This document shows positions 63,061-64,000 of a stretch of DNA of 64,000 nucleotides, piece after piece. The notes under the pieces were generated by a model. It was not told the DNA's origin, searched no databases, and was given only the letters and a program-made list of their open reading frames with translations. The translations under genes were made by a program, and so were the position numbers. This DNA is from Bryobacterales bacterium (GTDB taxonomy: Bacteria > Acidobacteriota > Terriglobia > Bryobacterales > UBA6623): assembly GCA_963422375.2 (NCBI GenBank), contig OY729428.2, forward strand, positions 2,336,001-2,400,000. Direction: 5' to 3'. Position 1 is the stretch's first letter, and each line of letters starts with the position of its first letter.

Positions 63061-64000
63061 GGGAATTATATATCTGAGTGCCGAGGGAATCAAGTCGGCA
63101 AATTATCAAGCCATAATAAGATTTCATATTTCTTCCGACTTTCCGTTGACATTCTGTGGTGTTTCTTGGTAGAATAGTTCCAGCAGGGGATGCCGTAAAT
63201 GAAGAAATCAGGTCCCGGAAAGTGGTTCCGTAAAGGCATCACATTGATCGAAGTAATCGCCATGTTCCCCGATGACGAATCCGCGGAAAAATGGTTCGCC
63301 TCCATACGCTGGCCGGACGGTCCCGCGTGCCCCCACTGCCGCGGCTCCAGCGTGCAGTCCGACGCGGCCCACCCTTCGATGCCGTACCGTTGCCGCGGCT
63401 GCGGCAAGCGCTTTTCCGTGCGCACCGGCAGCGTGATGGCCGACACCAAGCTCGGCTACCGCACCTGGGCTGTCGCCCTGTTCCTGCTGACCACCGGCAT
63501 CAAGGGCGTCTCGAGTATGAAGCTGCACCGCGACCCGGGCATCAGCCGGAAGTCGGCCCGGCACCTGGCGCACCGCATCCGCGCGTGCCGGGAGCGGGAT
63601 CGGGGCCTGTTCGCCGGCCCGGTGGAGGTGGACGAGACCTGCGTCGGCGGCAAGAAGCGCAACCAGCACGAGAGCAAGAAGGCCCGCGCCGGGCGCGGGC
63701 CCGTCGGCAAGACCCCGGTGGCGGGGGCGCGGGACCGCGCCACGAACGCAGTGGCCGCGCGGCCGCTGCCGGGCACCGCCGAGGGCGACCTGCAGGGCTT
63801 CGCGCGCGCCCGCGTCGCGCCGGGGGCGCAGGTCCGCTCCGACGAGGCGGCGGCCTGCGCCGGCATGGCGGAGTTCGCGCACGAAGCCGTCAGGCACTCC
63901 GGCGCTCCGGCGGCGAGTACGTGCGCGGGGCAGCGCATACGAACGGCATCGAATCGTTTTGGCCCCTGTTCAAGCGCGGCCTGTACGGCACCTATCACCG
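63061..64000 (+). mobile_element. Second IS1595-family element (ISNwi1-like end GGGAATTAT), partial; transposase from 63199, frameshifted at ~63905
   Basis: RWPDGPACPHC...CRGC, KGVSSMKLHRD, VEVDET, HTNGIESFW..FKRG..GTYH; runs off the window. Confidence 0.9.

Overview
GC-rich bacterial chromosomal window, most likely from an Acidobacteriota (Bryobacterales-like) genome. That assignment is inferred from a TIGR03437-like domain, an ADOP/MacB-type permease, an acidobacterial-type M48 peptidase and a carboxypeptidase-regulatory-domain TonB receptor. Housekeeping and metabolic genes (purM-purN-tyrS, mtaB, tag, two enoyl-CoA hydratases, an NAD-dependent epimerase, hydrolases) alternate with IS-riddled accessory DNA. 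The mobile elements are four copies of one IS1595-family element, two IS30 copies, one ISAzo13, one IS5/IS1182-like element, one ISNwi1-group IS1595, an IS4 relic and a 255-bp MITE-like element. Removing the ISs in silico reconstructs several broken genes: a TIR (ThsB/DUF1863-like) plus DUF262 defence operon next to a Type IIG RM remnant, an M48 peptidase hit three times (once by an apparently intact MmeI-like RM gene), and a split ABC permease. The most notable signals are (i) a strong A/T->G/C substitution bias plus recurrent 8-14 bp tandem duplications in decaying elements, (ii) the TIR-DUF262 pairing, (iii) a single-ORF Phd-VapC antitoxin-toxin fusion, and (iv) two uncharacterised redox modules. 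No rRNA, tRNA, CRISPR array or reverse transcriptase was seen. All family assignments are by-eye motif recognition, not database searches.
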